From Perna viridis (lineage: Eukaryota), in NCBI GenBank assembly GCA_037379345.1, contig CM074511.1, forward strand, positions 26,542,862-26,606,861: a stretch of DNA of 64,000 nucleotides. Direction: 5' to 3'. The position numbers and the translations under genes are program-made. Positions within the stretch are counted from its first letter, which is position 1; each line of letters starts with the position of its first letter. Positions 49,120 through 61,100 of this stretch are shown here, piece after piece. Below the pieces are notes generated by a model. It made no database searches and had not been told where the DNA came from. It saw only the letters and a list, made by a program, of their open reading frames with translations.

Positions 49120-52100
49120 ATGATCTATAATCCTACCGTTCTTTGTAATGCAACCAAAATGGTCATCTTAGTGTATGGATTTTTATTCGTTTCAGGATAT
49201 TTTTCGTTAGGATGTAAGGTTTTGTTTTTGAACATCATTCAACTTTGGTTTTGTCTTGAGTACTTCATGTATACAATTAATTTTTGGATTTATATCTTCA
49301 TCTATAATTGATGCTAATGCAGCTGATGAAAGGTTACTCTTTAAAACAGCATATCATATATATTTATATTGATATTGCTTTGTTAGTTCAATTCAACATT
49401 TCTTATATGAGTTTATTTCTTACCATTTTTTTTTATTTATGGCAGTGATACAATTAATAAATATATATATAAAAACAGTAGACATATATCACGTTAGTTG
49501 TTGTTGTTCTATAGAATCATAATATGTAATATGTAAATTGTAACTGTTTTGAAGATGTAGTCAATAAATGCTTTATACTACATTATTCCATTGATTTATA
49601 GTAACAGTAAAAATTTTTATAAAACGATTTTAGTTTGTAGAGTATCAAATCTCGTGGTTTTCATGCTTTGGATAAACAACAAATTCAATTCCAATCAAAT
49701 GTGAAATTACAATTAAAATCTTTGTTTCCCTTGTGTAATCTAACGAACTTAAAAACTCACTAATTATCAAATAGTGACAAACCACACAAAATGATACCTA
49801 CGAAAAAAGAACTTCCACAGTATTTAAGTGTTTGCATTATCATTTAAGATTTATACATAATTTTAGAATAACTGCTATTCAAGAAACACATTGAAAATGC
49901 ATATTTTTTTTTTATACATTTAGCAACAGCAAATACGAGTCCAGCATGTCCATCATTATTCAACAGTGTAACGATACCCGAGGACACAGCTGTAGATACC
50001 ACTTTATTTACTCTTACTTGTGATGATTCTGACTCCGGCGTTGACGGTTCATTAACTTACGTTATTGCGTCCGGAAACGATGTGAGAAAATTCAACCTCG
50101 TTCTAACTGGAACAATAGCTACAATTAAAAGTGCAAGAACGTTCGATTTTGATGACAAATCTTCAAAGCATAAATATGTAGTAAGTTTTAGGTTTTTTAA
50201 TGAGTTCATAATTTCGACTTAAAATATCATGTACGATATGTTTAAAGTAAGTATTTTAAAATGCTTTACTTTTGTAAATTTTAGATAGATTTTACAAAGA
50301 AATTCAAAATTTCTCACCCATGTTAAAGCGCATCTTTTTTTAAAGAAATAGTGAACAATACCTAGATGTATATATATAACATGCTATCAAAGTCCCAGAA
50401 CTTTGTTTCTCGTTATTTTGGTTAATCCTAAATTCTCTATAATTCAGTATAAATACTTTCATCGTGATTTTCCTTGTAAAGGATTTTTTGGGAATTAATT
50501 TAAAAATAATTTGAAATTTATGCCTTTTTGGCAATCTATTTAAATGATCTTCAATACTTTTGATGTTTGTAAGTTTGACTTTTTTCCGTAGCTTATGATA
50601 GATGTGATTGATGGAGGAACACCGCCATTGAAGGTCAGCGTGACCTTGGACATAAACTTGACTCCAGTAAATGAGTTTGATCCCCAATTCATGGCAATTC
50701 CACCATCATTAGTTCTTAAAGAAGATACAGCCGTTGGAACTATGATACATGATACAAAGCCTTATGATCAAGACTTAGATGAACATATGAAAAGTCAGAA
50801 AACAAAAGTAACATTGATCTGTTAGTATAACAAATATTGTTCTACACGCGCCATTTTTATGCTTTTTTAGTTTTTAAACTCTATAAAAAAATATCCATTT
50901 TGCAATTTCTAGTTGCAAAGACATATCTAATGAAATTTCAGACATCATTGTCATCATTAATAAATACGATTTGTTTTGCTTTTTTGACGAGAACGCCATT
51001 TTAAATTTAGCATGCCATTTTTTTTTATTGCGACTTTAAAAAGTACATCGCAAAAATTTCTGAATTCAAAATAGACACGAAACAGGTCCCTTCGCATTTT
51101 TTTTACAGAAATCGAAGTCAGTATTATTCATTGTTATTTGTTCGTATTCGTCTTCCACCTACGGTCTGCAAAAACAATAGAAATAAACTCTGTTGTTCCT
51201 AAAGCAAGCAAACAAATGTTTAGAACACTGTTATAATGTTTCGTCCATGCATTACAGCTGCTTCCAGTAATAATGTGTTCTTCGTGGACGAACTGACGGG
51301 TAAAATATTTCTACGCCATCCACTGGATTTTGAGACAGTTTCAAATCACTATCTTCAACTAAAGATAACAGACATAGGACAGTCACCAAAAAGATCTACC
51401 ACTGCCCCTCTCAACATCACTGTCCATAATGTTAACGAACATCCACCGGTACTATACTTATTTCTTCTCTTTATTTTCTTTAAAATGACTTTGCATTGTC
51501 TAGTTTATCACCGTAACACGCTTGGTGAACATCAGATAAAGATTAAAGATATACAAAATTCGAAAAAAAAACACACTAATTAAAATGTTTACTGTACAAC
51601 AATTGGTGCACAACGATCCAATCGAGAAAACAAGAAAATGGAAGCAAATTAAGGAATGACAACATGAACGTAAGTACATGTACACCTGTACAATTAAGAC
51701 TCATAGATGGTCGTTTTCTTTATAACGTCTTGAATTCTCTAAAAAAATCAAAAGGAGACTTGGTAAAATATTGATATCAGTAAATATATGTACTGAATAT
51801 TGCATTCCAAAATCTGTATCATATGCCGTATCAACTCGAGACTTCTATATCTATCCAATGGGCCATCGGCCCGCAGTGTGATATAGGTCGAGGGGTGATA
51901 CAGATTTTGACATGTTATGTTTGATATATTATATTTAAACTATACTTCTATTCCCCATACTCAGTTAAAATCCCGACCTAAAAACATTATACATCGTTGT
52001 TTTTCCAAAAAGATGGTACATCTAGATACAAATATATAGTTCTTGGTAGAGATTCCTCATACTTTGTAAGAAATAATTCCAAATCATCTTCCAAATATAC

Positions 52101-55100
52101 AGAGGAAGATGTTTACAAAATGCTGGAATTTTTAATCGACAACATATTTGTCCAGTGTGGTGGACGTGTTTTTCAACAAACAGTCGGCACTCCAATGGGA
52201 ACAAAGTGTGCTCCTTTACTTGCTGACCTATTTCTTCACTCTTATGAGGCTGACTTTATAGCTGGTTTGATTAGAAAGAAAGAATATCGTTTGACTAGAT
52301 CCTTCAATCTCAGTTTCCGCTATATAGATGACGTACTATCTTTAAACAATCCTAATTTCGGGGCTTTGATACATCGCATCTACCCCAAAGAACTTGAGAT
52401 AAAGGATACTACAGACACTGTGAAGTCAGCCTCATATCTTGACCTACACTTAGAAATCGATGGTAAAGGAAAATTATTGACCAAACTTTACGACAAACGT
52501 GATGACTTTTCATTCAAAATTGTCAACTTTTCTTTCATCTGTGGCAACATCTCTTCAGCTCCTGCGTATGGAGTGTTTATATCACAACTCATACGTTATG
52601 CCAGAGCTTGCCGAAACTACGCAGACTTTTTGTATCGCGCTAGAACTCTAACAAATAGGCTTCTGGAACAGCGTTATGTTGCTACAAGATTGAAGTCATC
52701 ACTACAGAAGTTTTATGGTCGTCATCATGAACTCGTGGATCGTTATGATGTATCCATCAGCATCATGAAAACTGATTTATTCAACGGGTCATAGTTTACC
52801 TTTCCTCGTTTGTCTACCCCGGACTTGACTTTTTATGAGCAACTCGGCGGGTGTTTCTAGAAAAGCAGAGGACGCTAACCCTACCGGTGCACCTGGTCCA
52901 TGCTCCCAGTTTTTAGTGGAGTCCGAGTTGCTCATTTACTTTTGTTACTTTGTATGTATGATTTTAGTTACTTTATGTTCTTTGTTGTGTGTGTCTGTTT
53001 TCCATGTCTGGTCTTTGTCCCTGGATTATATTCTTTTGATTACCGCTATAACCTTGGTTCCCTTGATTACACTTTCAAGTATTGTCTGTGAACGGGTGGA
53101 ATATAGGGAGTGCAATATAGGTCTAGGAGTGTGATATAGGGTATGCGATATAGGTCTAGAGGTGTGATATAGGGTATGTGATTTAGATCTAGAGGTGAGA
53201 TATAAGTAATGCGAAACAGGTCCACAGTTGTGATATAGGGTATGCGATATAGGTTTCAAACAAATACTTATCACGCATATAAAACAGGTATATTTTAATC
53301 TAATTGTTCTTCCCGGATTCGTAAGATTTAAAAATTTTCCGAGAACACTGACTACAGTTTGAATGTCCGTCAGATATTGAATGCTGTGAATAAAACTGGT
53401 GTGATGGTGGGAAAATTTCCCTCTTTTTTATAATTCATTACAATATTGACACATACTACATTTTCTTTCTAATTTGTTTATTCTAGGTATGTTCAGCACA
53501 AATATATAATGTTAAGATGATGGAAACAGAACTACCTGGCACAAATTTAATACACATGGATTGTAAAGATTTAGAAACTCCTCACCTTACGTACAAATTA
53601 CATAGAGGTATGAGCATTTATTCTTTTATTATAACTTTGAGGGCGCTGTAGTGAAATATTTCTATTTGATCATGCTATTCATAACAAAAATACTTTGCAA
53701 TATAGGAGTGTTTTCTATAAAGTTTGCCAGTTATTTTAATGATTTAGTTATAAATGTTAAGTTTACAATACGCATGGTTAAATTCTACATTACAGCAAAA
53801 ATATCTTGCATCGTACACATTTTGAAATATTTTCACATTTTCACAAACATATTAAAAAAAAACTGAAAACTGATGAAACTGTTATTATGTTTAACATTAT
53901 TCATGTACCTTCATTTCTAGTACCTTTTACTTAAAAAAATTCCTATTATTTCCAATTTGAATATTTGGAGTATCGATATTTAAACTTAAACTTCTTAAAA
54001 ATCTTATACTTTTACGCACTTTTCAGGTGATACAACAAAATTCCATGTCGAGTCTCACGGCGAAATCAAACTAAAGTCACAAATAGATACCGACACCGAA
54101 GATAATTTCTGGACGATCCAGATTGAGGTCCGCGATCATGGTGTTCCACGTCTAGATACATTCGTTGATGTCAATATTTTCGTTGAAGACGTTGATGACA
54201 ACAAGCCTTATTGGCATCCTGCCAACAATGGAACTTACACAGTCTGTTTGTATATATTTACAACAGTTTAATAAGTACAGATAAAAACAAAGACTTCTTT
54301 TTATATTTAACAAAATTTTTTAAAGTATACTTGGAAGAAATGTTAAGTACGAAGTATGAATATAAAACAAAAACAAAATAAATCACTCAAAAAAAATAAC
54401 AAAAACAAAGAAAATAAAACCCAAATTAGTAGTTATGCATAAATCAACTTGCCTAATTGATAGCTTTGCTTTTTCGAAATAACAAGACTAAGCCTGAAAA
54501 AATTTCTACTGTGTACAACTGAGAATGGTTGTTGTAATTTGCAATATTGCATTAACTGCATTCTGTATAATAACAGCAATTCAAGAGAACTCTGCAGTTG
54601 GCACATTTATAACAGCACTTACTGCAGTCGATGAAGATAAAGCAGGCAGCGACCATTCTATTGTGAAATATGCTATAGAAGATGTGACAACTCGGTTTAC
54701 CATAGAAAAACTTTCGGGTAAAATGCTTTATTCTTTCCCATGATACACTGTCATTTTACTTATACGCGATTTCGACACAAGCTCCGAAACAGCGTCTGAC
54801 GTTCAGAACTCCTCTAAACGCTGCCGCCAGCCCTCTCAGAAAATGCAAACATCTTGCAAAGTCGGGAAAAAGTGAATAGTTTTACGCGAATTATCCGATT
54901 GTCAAACAACGTATGATTTGAATTACGCCCGAGAATTTCGAAAGGCCTCTCTGTAGCGGTTAGTAAGAGAGGAAACGAACGTCTGGCGCTGCGTGGAGCT
55001 TGAAAGAGTTACTCTTGTTGTAAGTCGCGATATTTTGTAGACACTTTAAATACCTCTAAAATAACAACGAAGTTAAGCTACTGTGATTCTGCTTAAACAA

Positions 55101-58100
55101 TAACTATGAAAATGGGCAATTTGAATTGTTAAGTTCTGTGAAACCACTACCGGGGTACTATTGAAATCACTGTTCAAATTGGGAGGTTACAATTGAATTT
55201 GGCAATAAAGGGTCCAAATCTCCCTAGGTTTATATGTTTATTGTTTTTATTTCCCATAGGAAAAATCCTTGTCGCTCATCCAAACCTAGATAGAGAAGAC
55301 AAAGGTCAATACAAACTGGCTGTCTCTGCATTCTCTTCATCCATACCATCAGAAAGAGTTTTAGGTGAAGTCAATATTATCATTATTGACGAAAATGATA
55401 ACGCTCCGATATTTTCTCAGGTAAAGTCTATAAGTGTCTCTAACTCTTAGGAAAACATTTTATCATATATATTTATTGAGTAGTGAGAAATGATTTAACA
55501 ACTTTTTACACGTGCGTGCCGTTTCGTGTATTCTTACACTTAGAGTAAAAATTGAAGCAGGTTTAAAAACAGAAAAATTCAGTATAATGAATTTACATAA
55601 CACTTAAGATATTAAACATAGAAAGGGAACATCTAAAATGCTCTCGGACGTGCCAAGAAAAATGCGGTTTTAATGCGTGTGCGGCACTTGAGAGAAATAA
55701 TTACGATATTCATGCACCAATTAGTTAGCATGTCAAGTACGCATTTCATCATAGATAAATAACCAATATGGAAGTTCCCTGTTTTTTTTCGTGATTTGCA
55801 TGAATGCTTACAATACAATGCCAATTGACAAATTCAGTTCAGCTTTTACTTTGCTGTTCAGCTGTTGGTAATTTCTTTGAGCGTTCATATGCAGAATTTT
55901 CTTTTGTCTTTACACGTTAAACGCACAATCATTTTCATCTTTTGTCTCTTTAAAGGAGTTGTATTCTGCCACATGGCCAGAGGACGCAACAATCAATACC
56001 GTTTTATTGACTATTCATGCTACTGACGTCGACGAAGGGAAAAATGGAAAAATATCCTACTCGCTTCGAGGTACTAAAAATCATGTGGATGATACTGTAT
56101 TTACAAAAATCCTTCTTTAATTAAAATGAAAAAGGGATCATAGTAAGGACCTATTTAGACCTAAAAGTAATGGGGAATTTCAGAACAAGACATTAACAGC
56201 GACACAAAAACAACAAAGATAAAAAAAATAATTCCACATAAGCTGCTTATGGCCATTTCTGGAAGTAAATGCAAGACGAAAGATGTGAAGACAGTTTGCT
56301 TTGACGTTTAACTATGTTCATGCTTAGAAAATGAAAGTGTTAAGAATATCTGTAAATGGCTTAATCTAATATAGCAAAAGAAATCTGATATTGAAAATAA
56401 AGAAAATAAAAGATGTATTCTTTACAGATGGAAACATAGAAGAAGGATGTCGAATGTCAATACATAAACACTCAGGTCGGATATCTTCAGATAGCCAGTT
56501 AGATTTTGAACGAAAGCCATCTTGTTTCCTGACAGTCGTTGCAAGTGATGAGGGAGATGTTCCACTTGTTACAACAGCAAGTGTTATCATTTCCATAACT
56601 GGCGTTAATGAATATAAGCCAGTATTTTTGCGACAGTCATACACAGTTTCTGTTCCTGAGGATACGGCAGTGGGTAAGTATTCTTCTTCAGAGCTAGCAT
56701 TGAATTTAATCTGATATTCTTAGCATTGATTAGAAATTATCTTCTCACACTAAAGACAGCTTCGATGAGCAATTATATATATACGTCTCAGAATGTGACG
56801 ACTCTATTCACTACACTGCTCCATCGGATCAAATTGATACAGGGAAGATATGTAAACGTATAGAAAGTTCTGAAAAATTCCCAACGATGTTAGAACTGTC
56901 AAATTTGCGATGCAAATTTTTGGTCGTTCCCTCCGCGGGACTCGAACTCGTACTGCTGTGACATCTATGGCAACACCGCCTGCACAAAGTCCAGCGCCCT
57001 AGACCACTCGGCCAGCTAGGCTATATATATATATACTGTAACCTGCAACCGATCATGTTTATTTCAAATTAATGTTCTTACCAAACTTCGATATAATTAC
57101 CTATTGCTACGTGAATGTTGACATTGCAAAAATAATCCTATTACAAACACATGTATAGTACTTCATTTGAATTTTTCACATGTGCTGCCTTACTTGTTTT
57201 TTTAAGGTAGTTCGATCGTCCAGGTTGAAGCAAGTGATGACGATCATGGTGTTGACGGTCAAATCATTTATTCATTAGCAACACATTCTGACATATTTGT
57301 TGTCGACACAGATAATGGTATTGTCAAATTGCTTAAACAATTGGATAGCGAAACTGATGCTTCATACCTGGTTGAAATTATAGCCAGTGATAAGTCACCT
57401 ATAGACATTAAATCTTCAACCACTACTCTAACATTAACCGTTGATGATATAAACGAAGAAGCACCAAAGTGTCAAACAGTGGTCAATGTTAATATTATGT
57501 CAACCATTACAGTGGGAGATCTTGTCCATGAGCTAAAATGCACGGACTCTGACTTGGGTCCAAATGGAGACTTATCATACAACATAGACAAAGGGAATAC
57601 AAATCTTGCATTCGCTGTTGACTCACAGGGACATTTAGTTTTATCTAAAACACCGGATAAAGTCTTGTATGATTTGGAAATCTCTGTGTTTGATGGTGGG
57701 ATACCTCAAAAGAAGACCTCGGTATTTATACATGTAAAAGTAACTGGCGAACCAGAATTCATGAATTTGCCAGTGACTTTGGATGTCAAAGAGTCAGAAC
57801 AAATCGGAACTGTTGTTTACACAGTCAAGTCAGCATCACCCTCAAACAATATTCGTTTTTCAATTGATTCGGGAAATACAGATGACGTGTTCGGTATAAA
57901 CGAAATGTCGGGAGATATATACATCGTTTCCGATCTCGATCGTGAAAAGATGTCTTCGTACGGACTTTCAGTTCAGATTTTTGACACCGTTTTAAAACTT
58001 TCATCGTCAGAGATCTTTACTGTACAGTTAGGGGATGCCAACGATGAAGTTCCTAGATTCTCAAATACTTTCTATAAATTCTCCGTTGTTGAGAATGTTC

Positions 58101-61100
58101 CTCTGATGTCAACCGTAGGTCAGGTATTAGCTAAGGATAACGATATTGGAAATAATGCAGCTATCAAGTACGACATTGAATCAGGAAATGTAGGAAGTAC
58201 ATTTTCCATGACTGACAGAGGAGATATAGTACTTAATAAAGCTTTAGATGCTGAAACGCTGACAGAATATAGGCTCAGTATTGTAGCATCAGACAAAGGC
58301 AAACAACCACTTACAGGAACAACAACAGTGGTTGTCGTGGTTACAGATTTCGATGAGTTTCCCGCTACGTTTGAAACGGGAACTCACCATTCATTCACTC
58401 TGTCTGAAGGTTCGGCACTTGGTGAGTTTGTATTCAAAGTTCGAGCTAAAGATTTAGACAGGAACGCTGTCATGGAATATATGATTACCGAAGGAAATGA
58501 TGGATCTTTTATTATAGACAAGAAATCAGGTGAGATCATTCTAGGAAAACATGTTGATAGAGAGGAAGTTCAGGAATATAACCTGACTATTGTTGCAGAC
58601 AACGGTGTGGGTGACTCAACGTCGTTAGTTCTTACAGTGAAGATATCCGACGAAAATGACAATGACCCGTACTGCACTGAAAACTATATAACAGTAACTG
58701 TTGACGAGAATAGTACTCTTGGTAGCTCTGTTATGGCTCTTCAGTGTAGCGATAATGACAAAGATGAAAATGCCAACCTGATATATAGCATAACATCTGG
58801 GAATACTAATGGTGCTTTCCGATTAAATGGCAACAGTTTGGAAGTAAATAGACAACTGGAGTATGAAATTACTAATAACTACATGTTAGGAATAGAAATA
58901 AAAGATCAGGGGTCACCTCATAGAACATCTTCTGCTATAATAGCCATCAATGTCGTTCCTAACTACAAACAACCGAAACTATATAAAACCATTGAAAATC
59001 TAGAGACAAGTGAGGCAACTCGAATAGGAACGGTTCTTTACGATATTGATGCAACCATAGACGGTGCAAAAGAAGGGGATTGGAATATTCCTGGTGATTT
59101 GGAGTACCATATGCAAAGATCTAACAGTGCTAAGGACTTTACAGTAGACATTAATTCTGGAGAAATCTCAGTGAGTGGGGCTCTTGACAAGGAATTAATA
59201 GACCACTACACATTACAGATAAAATGTATAAACAAATATAATAGAAACCTTTTTGAAGTGATGACATTAGAGATTGAAGTTTTAGACGAAAACGATAATG
59301 CTCCAAACTTCAAAAATGCTGCTTATATCTTTTTGGTGGACGAAGACGCGACAAATGGTTCATTTGTAGGAAAAGTAGAAGCATCTGATATGGATTCGAA
59401 TGAGAACGCAGAAGTTGAATATAGTTTAATAGCAGGAGAGGGTATGGAATCCTTTATAATGGATGCTACGACGGGATTGATCACCGTTAACAATACTCTC
59501 GATGCGTCGGTAAAACAAGAATACGTTTTAACTGTAGCTGCAAGTGATAATGGTAGCCCAAAACTCACAAGTACAGCAAAGATCATGATTAAAGTGAATG
59601 ATTTAAATAACCATGTGCCACGATTTCAGCAGAAGACATACAAGGTTGACGTAAGCGAAGCAGTTGAGGTGGGAAATGTTATTTTTCAAGCCCATGCTGT
59701 TGACTTTGATACCGCATTAAATGGTGTAGTAAGATATGGCATAGAATCTGGAAATGATAAATTAAGGTTCAAAATTGACTCAGAAAATGGTGCTATAACC
59801 ATCGCCGGTAAAATTGACAGAGAAACTCTTGACACCTACAAAATAGCGATAATTGCAAAAGATGGTGGAACTCCTCCTAAGACATCCACGACCACTCTCA
59901 GTATTAATGTAATAGATATTAATGATAATCAGCCAATTTTTTCAAGGTTAATCTATGACATCAAAATAGACCGCTTCATTACCGCTGGTACGCAAATCGC
60001 AAAAGTATTGGCCACTGACAAAGATAGGGATGAAAATGCAAGAATTGACTATTTCATCACGAATGGTAATGATGAAAATTACTTTCTTATCAACATTACA
60101 ACTGGTGAAATTCAAACGGTAGCACCACTTTCGATTGCACCTGACTATCTTGAACTACAAATCAAAGCTGCCGACAATGGATATCCGAAACAAAAGGCAT
60201 TTGCTAAAGTCCACATTGCTATTTATCCTTCTGTTATTAATACAGGAACACATTTCCAATTTTTCGTTATTGAAGATTCTAGAATAGGGACCGAGGTAGG
60301 TACCGTTATTCCGGATAGAATTCATGGAAACAGTAATGGTCAGCCGATATTTACAATTGTTGGAGGGGATCCATATGAAGAATTTTTGATAGAACGAACG
60401 ACAGGAATAATAAGAACAGAAGAAATTTTAGACCGAGAAACACAGCATGAATACTTCCTTACTATTCAAATAGAGGATATGAAGATCAACAAAACAAAAT
60501 ACCATAAGCTTGTCCATGTTGTTATTGAAGATATCAATGACAACACTCCAATGTTTCTTGTCCCATATAACGTCATTTCAGTTGTTGAAAACAGTCCTGT
60601 TGGTTTACCAGTTCTTCATTTCTCTGTAACAGATTATGATATCGATGAAAATGCAAACGTTACACTATTTATTGACCCAGCTGATCCTCTGGCACATGCG
60701 TTATTCGAAATAGATACTCGAAGTAACAATTTAATACTAAAAATTGAACCAGATTATGAAATGATTTCAGATTTATCGTTAACTGTATTTGCTGTAGATG
60801 CCGGAATTTCGTCCAGAACGGGAACTGCTGAAGTGGTTGTCACTATTCTGGATGTAAAGGATACTAAACCATATGATGATTTACCGGCTAGTTACTTTTC
60901 TTTAGAGGTTCCTATAAATGCAAGGAATGGAGACATTTTGACTACGTTCACCCCGCATAATTTCGGCATTTACCAAGCACTGACGGATCCAATTAGGTTT
61001 TTGACAATGAATAGAGGTGGAGTCTTTGATGTTAATCATGATGCAGGAGACTTGTATGTCCAGAATGAGAAATCTCTTCACAGAGAAACTCGTTACATTA

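Noticed and set aside
52835-53134. 99-aa ORF MSNSAGVSRKAEDA...
   Set aside because: Reads through the structured 3' UTR of the retroelement and is not maintained among copies
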